A stretch of 64,000 nucleotides of DNA from Gordius albopunctatus (GCA_964276515.1 OZ193909.1:16244001-16308000); one strand, 5' to 3'. Positions 36,819-51,578 are shown, counted from the first letter of the stretch. Made by a program: numbers and translations. The notes: generated by a model from the sequence alone, not told the origin.

Positions 36819-37849
36819 TTTTTCTCCTCCTTATAACGTCTGCCAATTCTCTGCTCTTGCTAGTCATTGTACCAATATTCCATGACCCAAACTTTATCCT
36901 ACGCAAACTAATGTCTTTAACCGCTTCCGTTTGTTGAGAGAGCGGTAGCCTTCGTTTATTTCCCACACATTCCAGGCGAAGAATGCGCGCGTAGCTTAAG
37001 AGTGACGCCCTATGGTTTTCATTCTGCGTCTTTGTTGTAGTATAAATCTTGGTTTAAATGGAATGAGGGAGTATTGATATCCCGGCCTTCCAAGCCTGAC
37101 GGAACTATGTTAGATTTTGACGCTTGACTACCTACTATTCTTTATGATGCAGCCATTTTGGTGAATTAAACTTTTCCTTCGACCACTCGTATTGATAGGC
37201 TTAATCTAGCACTTTAATTTCACAAAATACTCCCTCAAAAAGCCCAGAAATTTTAATCTGACCCTTCACCAAGAACCTTGCCAATAGGGTGACCCCACCA
37301 GTAACAAACATAAAAATTGTGTTTGGCTACCAAAGGTATAGCTTCTTGGATCACGAGAGCACACAAGCTCAACCACCACTACAAGGTATTTCTGGCTCGG
37401 TTGAGATGGAGGAGACATATATATATATATCGCCATTGTAATGCGCGGTAACACTGAATGAAGTGTTCAAATGCAAAAAATTGGTCTGAACGATTACCAT
37501 AAGATAGCCTTAAAGTTAATTGTCGGAAATGGTATACATGGAGTGAACGCAGGCTTTCCGCCGCTGAATTATTCCCATTTAAAGTAGACAGGTTTACAGA
37601 CTTGACTCAATACAAAAAAATTAGAAGGGATGTTGCATGAAATGTCAAGGTAAGGATTTAAAGGTCATGGCTCAAATTGCAAAGCCTTTTGGTGTTATGT
37701 AGTACTATAAAAGAATGATAATATGGCCGAAGCAATGCTTACAAATTTATAGTATTACGGGTACTGATCCGAATTCAGCCCGAATGTTAAACGCTACACA
37801 AATTAAGTTAATCTAAGCCATGGTGCTCAGGCTGTTATTCTCAAGCCTT

Positions 37850-38150
37850 GACCCCTAACGCTCAACCATATGATGAACGACTGCCTCAAAGCAAAAATAA
37901 TAATCAACCTAGTGTTGTAAAAACGGTGGACTTAATAAATAAAAATCGATTGAGGTTGTAGGGTCATATACTAAAAAGGGATACCGATATAAAGCGAAAA
38001 AAATTACTTATGGAGATGTCATTGCAAGTGGACAAAGATATGAATAATAAAATAGATTCACACATAGCCTTTACTCGACAAGATGGAAGAAATTTATCAA
38101 AATCTGCCCCCCCCCCAGCTGTGGAATTAAATTCACGATAAAGAAGAAGT
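37850..38150 (+). mobile_element. Degraded RTE 3' fragment
   Basis: KNRLRL*GHILKRD resembles RTE RLRWYGHV.RR; ends in AAGAAGAAG. Confidence 0.5.
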
Positions 38151-39064
38151 ATAAGCGGAACGTGTTAATAAATTTATAGCTACTCCTTATAATAAAATTA
38201 ATTAAGTGTAGCAGTTTTGCTAAAATTGCGCGCAATATAAATTATATCAACCACTATTAAGTATATTCTATGCCTTTTCAAATATTACCTCTTTATTTAT
38301 TGTAACCGAATTGGCAAATGTCTATTACATTTTAAAACAAATTTCTGCAATTTAAATTTTGAGGTTACCGAATTATAAATATTTGATTAATAATGAAGCC
38401 ATCTTCATAATATATTCAGGTCCATGATTTATAATTATGGCAGCCTTTGCGTAAAAATAAAATTACTTTTGGCACATGGAAGCTTAGTTTTAATGTAACA
38501 TATTGGGCATTCTTATATAAAAAGCTGCACCTTGTATTTATTAAAGCACTTACTCACAATAGCACAATTTAAGATTATATTTAAATAACGTGTGCCAAAG
38601 AGCTATAAAGTATATCCCAAATACTATCTTAGGCTTCTACAATTTATATAGAAAACAAAAATGTTATTTTGATTATTTGATTGCACCTTTGAAGTTATTA
38701 ACTTACTTACAATTCTGCTTGGTGTTATATATATAACTTGAACTATTTTTAAATTGTTAATTAGAAAAAATACATTAAGCACTTATAAAATCTTCGATTG
38801 GGGTTGGGTTCTTTATTAAATAGTCGCCATATGTTTTTGCAGGCAACAATAATAAGGTCCTTTCGTACTCACTTTATATTAGATTAATAAAAACCTATAC
38901 TCGTAGAGATGCTATATGATTTTCCGAGTTTTCGAATTATTCAGCTTTAGGTTTATTAATATATATTCTAAATATCATAAATTTGTGTAAATATAATTTA
39001 AAAGATTTACAATATGTTAGATTATTTATTGTCGAGTATAACAAAATTGCAGTTGCGATATGCA

Positions 39065-42000
39065 TTAATTTTTTGATTTAAGTCGATTCTGATAAGTTTT
39101 GACAAATTCACTAGCCACCTTGTCACTTGCAGCGCGATATTCCAGTACCATGAACGGACTTTTATCTATTCAAGTGTAAATAAAACATGATTTCAATAAT
39201 AAATAGATTTAAAAAATATAATAATTTACTTAATTCAATCTAATTTAAAATCGATAATTGATAGAATAAACTACGTTAGACTAATAAGTTGTAGACTCTA
39301 GATATCAAAAAAATATTAAAAACACGTTTTTTAGTTAAATGAATACAATATAAAGGTTCAAAATTAATGATACCGTAATTTTGAGATTTAATTAGTTGTA
39401 AATGGATTGGTAAAATTTCGCTGAAGTTTTTGATGGTCTCTCCGTCTAAGCCGGGAATGTCGTTCATTGACAAAAAGCATTCTCCAGCAAAATCATTTTG
39501 AAACATGTAATCATGATCAAGGATGGTAAATTGAATTATAGCAGTTTTGTGGAGGCACAATTTGGGATTTAAATTACTATGTAATATAAAATACAGTTTT
39601 CGATTAATATCATTTTAAATTTTATCAATTTGTCTGGTTATTCTCTAACTATTATAATAAGGGAAGAAGTTGTCAGTAGATAACACATTTTATATTTATA
39701 TTAAAAAATATAAAATATGAATGTTGATCTTTGAGAATATGGCTTGTATGATAGAAGTTATACACTAAATCATGTTTCGAATATTTAAGAATTTAGTTTA
39801 AGGTTTAATAAATCACCACGACGTTTTTAATTAGATTAAAGTTATTTATGTGTTATAAAGGAGTATATTTAAGTCTTTAATACATTGAAAATGAAATAGT
39901 ATTCCTTGCTTCTTAACTAACTGAATTGACTATCCTATAAGTGTTATTACAAATTTATTGCATTCAATGATATAATGAAAGATGAAATATTATCCTTAAA
40001 CTACTTTTTAACCGAATCATTTGATGTAGATATAATGTGAATTAAGGCAAAAATGTTAAATTTAAATATCATTAAAGTGAAATAACATTTTTTGCCAATT
40101 TTGACCAATATTGCGAATTTTTAAGACTTAACATGGGCTATGGCCTTGCAAACTTCATCAATTATATTACAATGGTAATAAATATATTGATTATTTAGAC
40201 GAGTGTTGCTAATAATTATTAACGATTGGATGTGGTTAGTTAAATTATTATTGGTAAACTTACAACGTAAATTCTTCGTCGTAGAAAGGATTTAACGTCT
40301 TTTTGACAACTTTAGTTTTTTGTGGGGCTATACCTTTAAACACATGTCTTGGAACTAGCTCGATAACGATATAAGGGTCACTATAACCTTAACAATTTTT
40401 AGGCTATACATATAATGTCAGCTAAAATATACCATTGGTGTCAAGCGGTGCCAAATTTTGGGCAGAAATGACTGCAACATAAAAATATACAGAATTATAT
40501 TTTCGAAAATAGGTTGTGTATGTATTACCTTTTAAATGCAGGTTAGAACCTCCAAGGTCGAAATATGTTTTTATCGTTAAAATGCCATACTGAGAACTTG
40601 GATTAACCATCTATATATTATTAAATCATATATAACACAAAAAAAGAAAATTCGGATTTTTACCTGTTCGTCCATCTTTTTGAGATAAACTAAATCAATC
40701 AGTTTCTTTGTTTCCATTTGATACCATACACATTGATCGAATAAGAGCTATTTAATAAAATTTATAGTTTATTAAAAGCATATTTTTGCATAAAAATTTA
40801 GATTTTAAACTTTTAGGCATCACTAAAAGAAAAAATTTAGAACGCTAACAACCAAACCAACCTTATATCTCTTGTTTTCTATGGTTTTAAGTGGTAAGCC
40901 CTCCTCGTTGGCGTGAAAGAAATCGCGTACAATAATTAAAGTCTCTTGCAAACGTTTAAAAAACGATGGCGGTTTCTGAAAAATAATATAGAAACTGCAT
41001 ATATCTTTAAAAATTTTATAACTAATAAAAACAAAATAATCAAAATGTTACGTCTCTATTTTGATCAAATGTTTCCCCTAATTCTCCGATCAAGCCCAAG
41101 AATATGCATTCCAGACTTATGTCCAAGGGGTATTTGAGTAGGTTTTGATTTAATATAGTCAGAGTGTGGTTTAGGTAAGTTACCAACGGTTCTATAGCCT
41201 AAACATCAAACCTCACACAGTTAATGCAGTTTTTAAATATAGTGTTATAAAAATAATTTTTATTTTGATTACATCGTCTATGTTGACAGATGAGGGTGAG
41301 TAGGACAAATGAAAGACATTCTTGTGGTTCATTTGCTTGACCTATCGTTACATTAAATATATTAATTATTTAATATTTTATGTTATTATGATATAAAATG
41401 GTTTATGAAACTACTTTTTCAGCATATTTTTCCGACACGATTTTGATTTTGGTATTTAAATAATCCTCACATTTCTCGAGTTGACCATTTAACCCGCTTC
41501 TACAAGTGTTGCAGACACTTTCTTCGTAAGTCTTCGAAGATAAAAGTACAAAAATTTAAATATTAAATTTCAAACATGAGAGAATGTCAATGGTTATACT
41601 ATTATACTTTATCAATCACATAGATGCAATCTTTAAAAGATAATTGTTCAGGGACTGAAGCAAGATATTTGTTCAAATACTCTATATCGTTCATTATTAC
41701 GCACACCTAAACAATATAAAATAATTTCGATTTATTTAGTCAAAATTAATAAGAACCTTGATAGTAATTTCATCACTGAGGTCTTGCTCTTTGATATTCA
41801 ATTTATTGAATTTTTCATTGAGTAAATCGACATAACAAATGGAACCTGAGTATAGCACCTTGTGTCATATAAATCAAAATAATTTTGCTAAATAGATTCA
41901 ATTGAAATATCTGAATTTTAATTAGAAAAACTAATATGGGAAGCATGTTTTATAATTTAAGTTAGAAAAGTATGTTCAAATATCTACTAACTTCGACTAT

Positions 42001-45000
42001 TTTGTAAAGAAACATATAAGAAGAAACGGGATCTGGCCAAGACAACTGACGCCAAAACTCCTTTACCTAAATTAGTTTAATAAATTGTAACTTATAAACA
42101 AATATATTTTATGTTAAAATGGTAATGATTAAGTTAATAAACCTGAGTAAAGCAATACATGACATCTAGGCAGCTTGTGGAATTCATCATTTTTGCATCG
42201 GCCATGGATAACTAATAACAATAAATGTTTAGAAGCATTTAGATTTCATGTCTTAAGACATACAATAGTATAATGTAATATATATAAATATAATTTGTTT
42301 TTGAAGTAAATCTAATATAATTTATTTTGCAAAGGTTTTAAAGAAAAGTCTCTCACAATGGAGATGATTTTTTCTATGATTTACATATTTTTTGCAAAAC
42401 TTTGTAATTGAAATGTATCAAATATTCTAAAGCATAGCCTATCTGTTCTATGTAAAAGTAACGTAATTAAAATGTTTTTGATTTAAATTGTTTATGTTAA
42501 ACGAGGTGAAGGTTACTAACTATATCTATTTCTACGGCTTTTTGAACTCTCTTTAGAACCTTTTGTTTGGCTATTGTAAACCAACGCAATATAGGTGTTT
42601 TGAACCACAAATAGTATTTGTTGATATTCATGTTCTTTCTCTCTGAACTATACAATTTTTCGATGAACATTATATAATTAAGCGTCAGCAATTTAAGGAA
42701 CGTACTTTGATAAGTATTCGGAATATTTATTGAATTCTTGTAATTCTAAATAGATCTCGAAAAATGTTGTGTCTATTAATTCCCCTCTAGCCGTAGCGTT
42801 ACTTTCAGCGTATTCATTTTCATTCTTTATGTAGTCTTCAAGGCTAAAATCACCATAGTCCACAGACTAAATGAAGTAATATATAGTACTTATAAGTTAG
42901 TTTAAAAGTAAAATGATAAGTTTTTTATTAAAGAAATTGCATTTTTATACTAAATTAAAATACGATGTAAATATTATACTTCTTCTTTAATAGATTTCAA
43001 TGCGTCTTCTGTGATCTATGAAAGAGAATTTAGTTTAAAATTTATATGACTCACCAATCGTTCCACGTGTTTATACACTAACCCGAGATAATTGACGTTA
43101 ACAATACTATATATAAATGGAAAAAGTCAAGTTTTTCAATTTGTAATATACCTCTTAAAGATTTCATCATAACATATGACGGATTTGTAAATTTCGGCAT
43201 TGACTAAACTTAGTATTTCTAACATGTTTGACAGGCTATCATCTTCTTTCTAAGTGCAAAAAGGAAAAATTAAGCAGTTACATAGGTGTATAAAGTAGAA
43301 TTACATCGACCATTTTTGCCAAATTTTCTTTAGTATTTTCGTACCATTCACCAATTCCTTTCTTTATAAATAAAAAATCATTTTATTTTATTTAGTAATA
43401 TTTACTTTGAGAACGGTCGAAATTTCGGCAGGCAAATCTTTTGCGAATGGGCAACATATTTTGAATATTTTCATCTTGTATATCAAATCTAAACAACTAT
43501 AAATACGTCATTTAAATATATTTTTGGTGAACACTATAATTTGGAAATTTTAACTTGTAATTTTTGAAATATTATTATTTTTAATTAGGTGGGGAATTTC
43601 ACCTCAGCATGGTTTCTAATCTTTTGCAGGCAGCTTTATTGAAAGCTGGGAAGACATCATGAATTTTGCGAAGTAATAATAAAGAGTGATCAATAAATTT
43701 GGTAAATGACGCGGCTAAGGACTCTTCCTAAATAGGTATAATTTAAATAATAATTAATTTCAACTTTGTAAAATGAATGGTTTGATAATAATTTTATGTT
43801 TTACAAATTACTTCCTCTTTATTTATGTTTTGATCTTCAGACATATAATCCAAATTTTGCAAAAGCCTCAACAATAGCGAATAATCCAAGGAATATTCTA
43901 GATGTTTGGCGCTAAAAGCTATCCATTTGCTATTAAATAAAATATCATTATCTATATATAATGTGATATAATAAGAAGTATATATTAAATTTTACAACAT
44001 AAATTTCTAGTTTATGCCGTTATATTACCAAAGCGCTTCTTGAGTTTCCGTTATATCGCCTTGTATAGCATGCTGATGCAAAATTATATTTGCGCGTGAG
44101 GGCAAGTTGCCATTCCACATATATGGAGGAATGTAGTCCTAATGTGCAATAACATACTTTAAAAGGAAATTACATTTATGATTGAATGGGATCGATGGTG
44201 AGAAGGAGAGAGGAATTCCCGTAAGGATTATAAATGGCCATTTTTAGGGATAAAATAAAAATTTAAAAAGGCAAACTAGTATGAAATAAAATTACATTAA
44301 AACATATTAATTTAAGTTAATGAATTTAACTCATTATAAATATGTTCAAATATAATTGCAAATTTTTAAGTCATTCGTCCAAATATTTACGATTGCATCC
44401 TGTTCAAAAAGTATATGAGTGCATTACTTGTTTTTATGTAAAATAAATTTAAAATTAAATAGCTGCAATAAAAGTTGGAGGTTTGAATAATATGTACAGT
44501 GAATATTTTCCCAAATCTCATTATGGCCAACCTTATATTATAAATTTAATAAAGCTAAGTTAAAACTTACGGGGAGTTTGCTAATTTCGCTGTCAATGAA
44601 AATTTTGATCAAGGCTTCATGTTGTTCTAAATCGGCCCAATTTTCTTCCTCGATGTCTGTGCCATTGTCCTCTTTAGTTGACAGGCTCAGCCTTAGCCGG
44701 ATTTTGCCTTGGATACTTGAACGAGCGGTTCGACCCTCTAGACTATACCATCTATCAATTCCTTGAGAGGGAATGTTCTGACATTGGAAAATTGAAGAAG
44801 AAAAAACGTTTTTATTTAAGTCAGCCTTTTAAATACAATATAATTTTGAATTTAAGAATAAATGATATTTTAAGTTAAATAGATAATTTGAACTAGATAC
44901 CATTCTAAACATGAATTTATTAATTTAAATGGACTTCAATTTAAAAATAGTAAATTATAAATAAATTATTTCATCGCAAGAATGATGATTTAAAATAAAT

Positions 45001-48000
45001 TTTTTAATCCGGGTTATCAATATATTTAATTAAAGACTCGTCAATATTTAATTTTATAGCAAAGAGCTTATAATGCAATTTTATTATACTTGTAGTTCAA
45101 ATTTAATATTCGATTAAAGTACGAATGGCATTTACATTCCCATAATTTATATAATTAATTGTGATTATATATACTACTGCCTCAAAAAATGTTTTTAATA
45201 AAAAAGAATATTTCCTTTTTTTAAATTTGCTAAGTTTTGCGAGCTGATGATAAAGTTTGGTTAAGTACAGTTGTAGATAGGTTAATAATATATAACCAAA
45301 GAGATTTATTGAGAATCTATGAATAATTTTGCATAACCCCATTGGTTTTATTGATGAAAATATTTATTTGTTTCAAACAATAAGATGTCTATTTATTTTA
45401 TATAAATCATAAAGTTTAAATCTCTTGAAATTTGAGCGAATTACTTTTGCATCGTCAAATACTAAAGGTAAATGAGACTTATTTTTTCCGTTTTTTTTAA
45501 AAATAAATCTATATTATTTAATATAATGTTATAGTTTGCTCTTTTCCAGATTTAACAAGAATTAATTATATTTTGTCAAACTATATTAGCATGCATCATA
45601 CACAATTATTTGAGATAAACCTCTATTAGTGTCAATTATAGCATAAAAAATAATTTATTATGGTTGAGAAATTGTACAGCCCTGAGCTTAAGGAATGAAG
45701 GCAAGGCAGGTAGGCTGCCTTTAGAAGTGTAGTCAATAATCTGCCGTTGTTCGGAAAAATACGGGATAATTAAAAAAAATTATTGTTAGAAATTTAAAAC
45801 GATAATTTTATTCAATCTATTTTTCTGCCAGGCCATGAAAAAATTAATATTTGTGCAATAAAGCTATTCTACGCATCTAGAACAAACTTACATCGAGCTT
45901 TAGCGTGATACAACCAAGAAAATCATCTATACTAGCACCTTCACTAGTACGTGCTGACTGAACGATTTGTTTAAAATACCTGTTGAGAAATAATGGTGTC
46001 AATGTGTTCAAATTATATATCAAGTCAAGGTTAATAGTTAATAATGTCATAAAATCAGCAAAAAGGTATAAAAATTTGCTCTTTAGGGTGGGTAAATTTG
46101 GATACATATTCTAGTATAATTTTAATAGAGCTCCTCCAAGTTGAATTTGCCAATCTTATTTAATCCTAAATCCTAAATTAATGATATTAATTGCCAATAT
46201 GTTAGAATATTTTCTAAATTTATAGGCATATTTCTGATTTCAACCTTTTAATAAATCACTTATTTTACCTGCCCATTCCTTTAATTCCTTGAACTTGATT
46301 CAATTTTTTGGCCGCTTCTGATACTGAAAAATCATCGTCATGGTCCCAAATATCCAAATGCAACTGATCCCGTGTAATGTCCTGGATCACGCTTTAATCC
46401 AACAATTTTAAAATGATCGATATTTATTAATATCCATTAATTTATCGGTATAAAAATATAACCTATAATTATACCAGATCTTTGTTAAAAAAGATTATAA
46501 AATCCTTATTTTATATGTCACATTTTTGAATTTTTTGTCTCAAAAGGTGATATATGAATCAATTTATAGAGTAAGAGTTGGTTTGAGTGTAACTAAAGAT
46601 AAATTTAATTTAGCTTGTCTTAAGCTAAAGAAACAAACTTAGACACTTACATCACATATTGGAAAATTTTCTTTGATATTTTATAAATTGTATGAAAATT
46701 ATTACCATCTAAATTTTTCGTTCCAAATAGGATTTAATGTTTTGTGTCTGACTGAAGTGACGTGAATGTATTTTGCTGGAATCAAATTTTTGTTAATTTC
46801 TTTTTCTTTTTTCTCCTTGGACGGGGTTATATGTTTTTTCTTAAGACTAGCTATATTTAAGTTACAAAAATTAAAATATTGTGCAACATTTAAAAATTTT
46901 ATGTTAGTTAAGATTTGATAAAAACATGATATTAAGCTTTTTTACTATTAACCTACAATTTCTAAATACTAATATAATAAAGAATTACTATATTTTTCAA
47001 ATTTTTATCATAAAATTTCCACTTTAGTCATTTAAAATCACTCAAGTCAACTTATATACGATTTATTCAAAATAAATGGTATTATACTTATTGTAAAATT
47101 AAATATTTCGCCTGTTTTTACTAGTGAAATTTAATTTTTTAATCGCTCTCATTTTTCCTTTCTCCTTCTCTTTTTCTTTCTCCTTCTCCTTTTCTTTATC
47201 TTCATCAAGCGCTGATCCTGATGCCTTAGCTGCAGAGGTCGGGGCGTTGTCACCTTTTTCACTAAACGAATTTGATGATGGCACTGCAGGAACCCCGACT
47301 ATTTCACTCTCAACATTTCTATCGCCTGGAATGATACCCAACATGCAATAGGGATCGCTGAATCCTAGGAAAGTTTAATTTAAAACATTTTACCAATAAA
47401 ATAACGACTTTTATAAGTTGAAATTTTTTGTAATAAACAACCATTGGCATCTTTGGATTCAAGATCCCTGGCTTCGAGCACTTCCACGTTTAGCACCAAT
47501 ACCGGAGGTTTCTCTTCTGACGCGGCTGACAATAAGGCTCTGTGTTTTTCGTTCGATACTCCAAATGCTTCTTGGGCAAACAAGTAGAGATCATGCGGCT
47601 GTACATTTTTACCCGGGCCCGCTTTACCCAACTTATGTTGGATGGTGTATAATACTTCCACGTATAACTTTTCTAGCTAAAGTATATAATGTAAATGCTT
47701 AGTGTAGCTTCTATCAGTCAACGCGTTTGAATAGCAATTAAACCAATTCCCTTACTGCTTTGTTCGTTAGGCCATTATCCACGAAGACCTCGGTAAAATC
47801 TTTCTCCATCGGTGGTGCTTTATCTTTCTCTTTTTCAGCCTAAAAATCGATTCGGTAAATAATGTTGGCATCCATATTTAAAAAAACGTTGCACATGAAT
47901 GATTCTGTTGCCTATTATAATTATTTATGAATTTTTTCTAAATAGAAACATTTGTGCATTAAAAATTAATCTCTGCCGATTAATCCATACATATAATGTG

Positions 48001-51000
48001 GAGGAGACGCTTTAATCAATATGACTTCTTAATCCATGCACAACGCGGAAAAGCATTTATCATAGCCAATTAAGCTAAACGATTGACCTATAACTTTTTA
48101 CTTTATATTATAGGACTACATTTTTGATAAATATTTTCATCAATAAAATTTTGATCGATAAGTATAACTCGGGCCTTCGGCCCTCGTGGGAAGGGGGAAG
48201 GGGAGGAGGGGAGGGAAGGGGGAACTCATCTACACTCCGTATAAATGTATCATATTTGCTATGCAATTTATGGGCGAGAAAGGTGGGAAGGGGTGAGAAT
48301 GCCTATAGGCGGGGGGGGGGGGGTATTAAATGTAAAATAATTAGTTAATTATTAATACAAATTTTCGATTTAATTAAAAAAAATTGCCTTCTCCGGGATT
48401 CGAACTCACATTAGTAGAGCCAGCCTTATGGTTATTTTATTCCATTGGTCAGCAGCCAGCGGACGGCCAAAAAGTCATAATAGCAATGGTAGGAACAGGA
48501 ACAATCATAATAGCCAAAAAAAACGGAAAAAATAATTTCGATTCACATTTTGGCCAATGGTCATTTTTTTCCATTGGTCAGCAGCCAGCGGACGGCCAAA
48601 AAGTCATAATAGCAATGGTAGGAACAGGAACAATCATAATAGTAAAAAAAAACGAAAAAAATATTTTCGATTCACATTTTGGCCAATGGTCATTTTTTCC
48701 ATCGGTCAGGAGCCAGCGGACGGCCAAAAAGTCATAATAGCAATGGTAGGAACAGGAACAATCATAATAGTCAAAAAAAAACAAAAAAATAAACTCGGAT
48801 ACACATTTTGGCCAATGGTCATTTTTTTCATTGGTCAGCAGCCAGCGGACGGCCAAAAAGTCATAATAGCAATGGTAGGAACAGGAACAATCATAATAGT
48901 CAAAAAAAACTCCGGGATTCTAACCCAAAAACTATATAAATTGCATAGCAATTATTAAAAAGTATAGGGTAATTATCAATGTTAACCTATTCAAAAACGA
49001 ACAAAAAATTTCGATTTATTTGGCCAATGGTAATTTTTTTCAATGGTCAGTAGCCTGCGGACGGTCAAAAAGTCATATTATCAATGGTGTTAAAACAATA
49101 TATTAATTTAATTTAAAAAAAGCTGGCGCCAATAACTTGGTGGATGGACGACGGACGGACGACGGACGGACGGACGGACGGACGGACGGACGACGGACAA
49201 CCAAAAACGAGCCCATAAATTGCATAGCAATTAAAACTCGGGCCTTCGGCTCTCGTGGGAAGGGGAAGGGGGGAATGGGAGTAGGGAAAGGGAAGGGAGA
49301 ACTTTTCTATACTCTGTATAAAAGTAGCCCATTTGCTATGCAATTTATGGGCGAGAAAGGTGGGAAGGGGCGAGATTGCCTATAGGGGGGTATTAAATGC
49401 AAAATGATTAGTTAATTATTAATGCAAAATTTCCATTTAATTATAAAAAAAATTGGCCTCCCCGGGTATCGAACCTACTTCCAAGCGGTTTCAGTAGTAA
49501 ACACGACGAAAAGCGTGACAAGACAATCGGTGTAAGACATTTGGTGCGTGACAAGACATCGGAAAAAGGAAAATGAGCCCATAAATTGCATATTGGATTT
49601 AGGGGGGCAGCCGCTCTTCCCTGCCCCCCGCCCTTGGCTAAGCCCATTAGGCTAATCCTAGTATAAATCAATTTGCTGGCTTTTTACATTTCATAAGACT
49701 CTTAAATAATTTGGATTTAAGGGCCCTCTAGAGTATTTATGTGAATTTGAAAAATTTTAAATCACGAAAAGAAATGAGTTTAGGTAATTTTAACTATCCT
49801 TGATAATGTGTAGAAAAACTTAAATTTAATTAAAAAACGAGGAAAAAAATATTTTCGTCTTCCTTGAATTAATAATTTTATAAACCAAAAAATTATTTAA
49901 ACGAATTCACATAATGTTTTATATTTTATTAAGTGGGTGGATCAAGGAGGGGCGGCTGCCCCCTATAAATCCAAAAACTCTTTCAAGTTTATTAAAATAT
50001 TGGCTAAATTATTATCAAAAAATATTATTTTGCCCGTCCCATAATCATTTTTGCCCCCCCCCCTCAAATTCCTATGCTGGCTAGGTCCATGCTATATATG
50101 AAAGATTATTTGCATTGTATGACGTCATGAAGTAGGGATGATTTTGGGGGTCATACTAATTGTGGATGTAATTTATAAACACCTGATCAAATAAGCAAAA
50201 TAGTATACTAATTTACTGATTAAAGTTAAAGTATTATGCTTTCAAAATTTGAAGATTTTACATTATAGAAAGTGAGGAGGAAAAAAGGAATAAATACTGT
50301 GCCTGCTTGTGTCTTGGTGGCACTGACTTATTTTTATTTCTAAATTGTTGATGTTTAGATCACAATACAAGATAGTGGGGGGAATATCAGTAATGCCAAG
50401 TCAGCGGTGGGCTGATAAGAGGAATGTAGTTTAACCTTGGCATATAAATAGCGCAGTATAAACCCCGTATCGTACCTAAATATATTACACTTGGATAGAA
50501 TAGAATTTGTTTCGTATAATGGTAATTTAGGATTGATAAAATGCGAGGGTGGAAATGGGTTTAGATATTTCGGTCGTCCAGCAACCATTATCAATAATTA
50601 AAGAAAATAAAAAAAATATTTGATTGGGGAATGAAACCATTTTTATGGACCGTGTGAAAGCATTAAGGCGGCTAAGATTTCCCCCCTCCAAAAACACGAC
50701 ACATGCCCCCCCCCTTAAAAATTAGTTAATTTATTTTATTTCTATAATTTATTGTTATTAAATTGAGATGGTGTTAAGCGACACCCTTTAGCCACAGCTC
50801 CAAAATTTTCTGCAATTTTATGATTTTTTTAACGCCAAAAATAAACGAAATATAAGTTTAAATCAGACAACAAATCATGTCATATATTTTAGCAAAATGT
50901 TTAATCTTTTTGGTTAAGCAAATACAAAACGACGGGATATTTGTATGCATTTAGTTAGTAACACATCTAAAAATATGATTTGCCCTCGCCGGGATTCGAA

Positions 51001-51578
51001 CCCACATTAATAGAGGCATAAGCTTTTGTAGGGGCACAGGGACCCATATCAGTAGAGGCATAGGCCCTTGTAGTGGAGGGTATAGGGTAATTATCAATGT
51101 TAACCAATTAAAAAACGAAAAAAGAAATTTCGAATCACAATTTGGCCAATGGTCATTTTTTCATTGGTCAGTAGCCAGGGCACGGTCAAAAAGTCATATT
51201 ATCCATGGTATTAACAAGAAAAAAATATTAATTTAATTTAAAAAAATTTGTCCTCTCCGGGGATTGAACTCGAACCTACAAGTCAGAAAGCCGGTGTAAA
51301 TACATTGGAGGGTAACGGACGAACGGACAGACACCAAAAAACGAGCCCATAAATTGCATAGCAATTAAAATATGGTTGGACTACCATATAGATTGCATTT
51401 CCTATTATACGCCAGCCTCCAATATTGATAACATATTTGCAATGAATTATTAATTTAGATTTCGCTTAATTTGCACGCGATTAAATTTACTTCACTCAGC
51501 AGACGGCGTTGACGGTTCTCTTGTTTCCATTGCAGAGCCATGAAGTTTTCGAAAAAGCAACCATCCGCCTCTTGGACA
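39065..51578 (-). CDS. BAIAP3: BAIAP3 / Munc13-4 (unc-13-4) family C2-MUN-C2 vesicle priming protein, multi-exon; start codon not located
   Basis: Exons encode DGCFFENFMALQWKQEN, LYVEVLYTIQHKLG, C2A (EARDLESKDANG/FSDPYCMLGI/TLNPIWNEKF/LHLDIWDHDD/DDFLG), ILHQHAIQGD, MUN region (WPDP) and C2B (APLDTNG/SDPYIVIELVPRHVF/TLNPFYDE/DHDYMFQNDFAGEC). Stop at 39065-39067. Confidence 0.92.
48168..49232 (-). mobile_element. Helentron/DINE-like composite element (intronic)
   Basis: Reverse copy of the 34291-36213 architecture, including the same internal junction, (GGAC)n and terminal hairpin. Confidence 0.85.
49237..49595 (-). mobile_element. Second-subfamily Helentron/DINE-like element, head-to-tail with the previous copy
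   Basis: Hairpin end abuts 49232 across AAAA; subTIRs present; GTCACG repeats replace GTCC. Confidence 0.75.
50970..51366 (-). mobile_element. Truncated Helentron/DINE-like copy
   Basis: 5' subTIR at about 51345-51366, GGAC remnants and one internal ~300-bp unit. Confidence 0.75.

Larger units (their letters stand above)
30397..37405 (-). mobile_element. Full-length RTE-clade LINE (about 3.4 kb without insertions), pseudogenised
   Basis: 13-bp TSD ATGGAGGAGACAT (30384-30396 / 37406-37418), (GAA)n tail, APE endonuclease (SWNIGTM, IQETKW, GADLNGHVG, QIDFFLV) and RT (FIDLEKAFD, GVHQGS, FADD), with several frameshifts. Confidence 0.95.
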
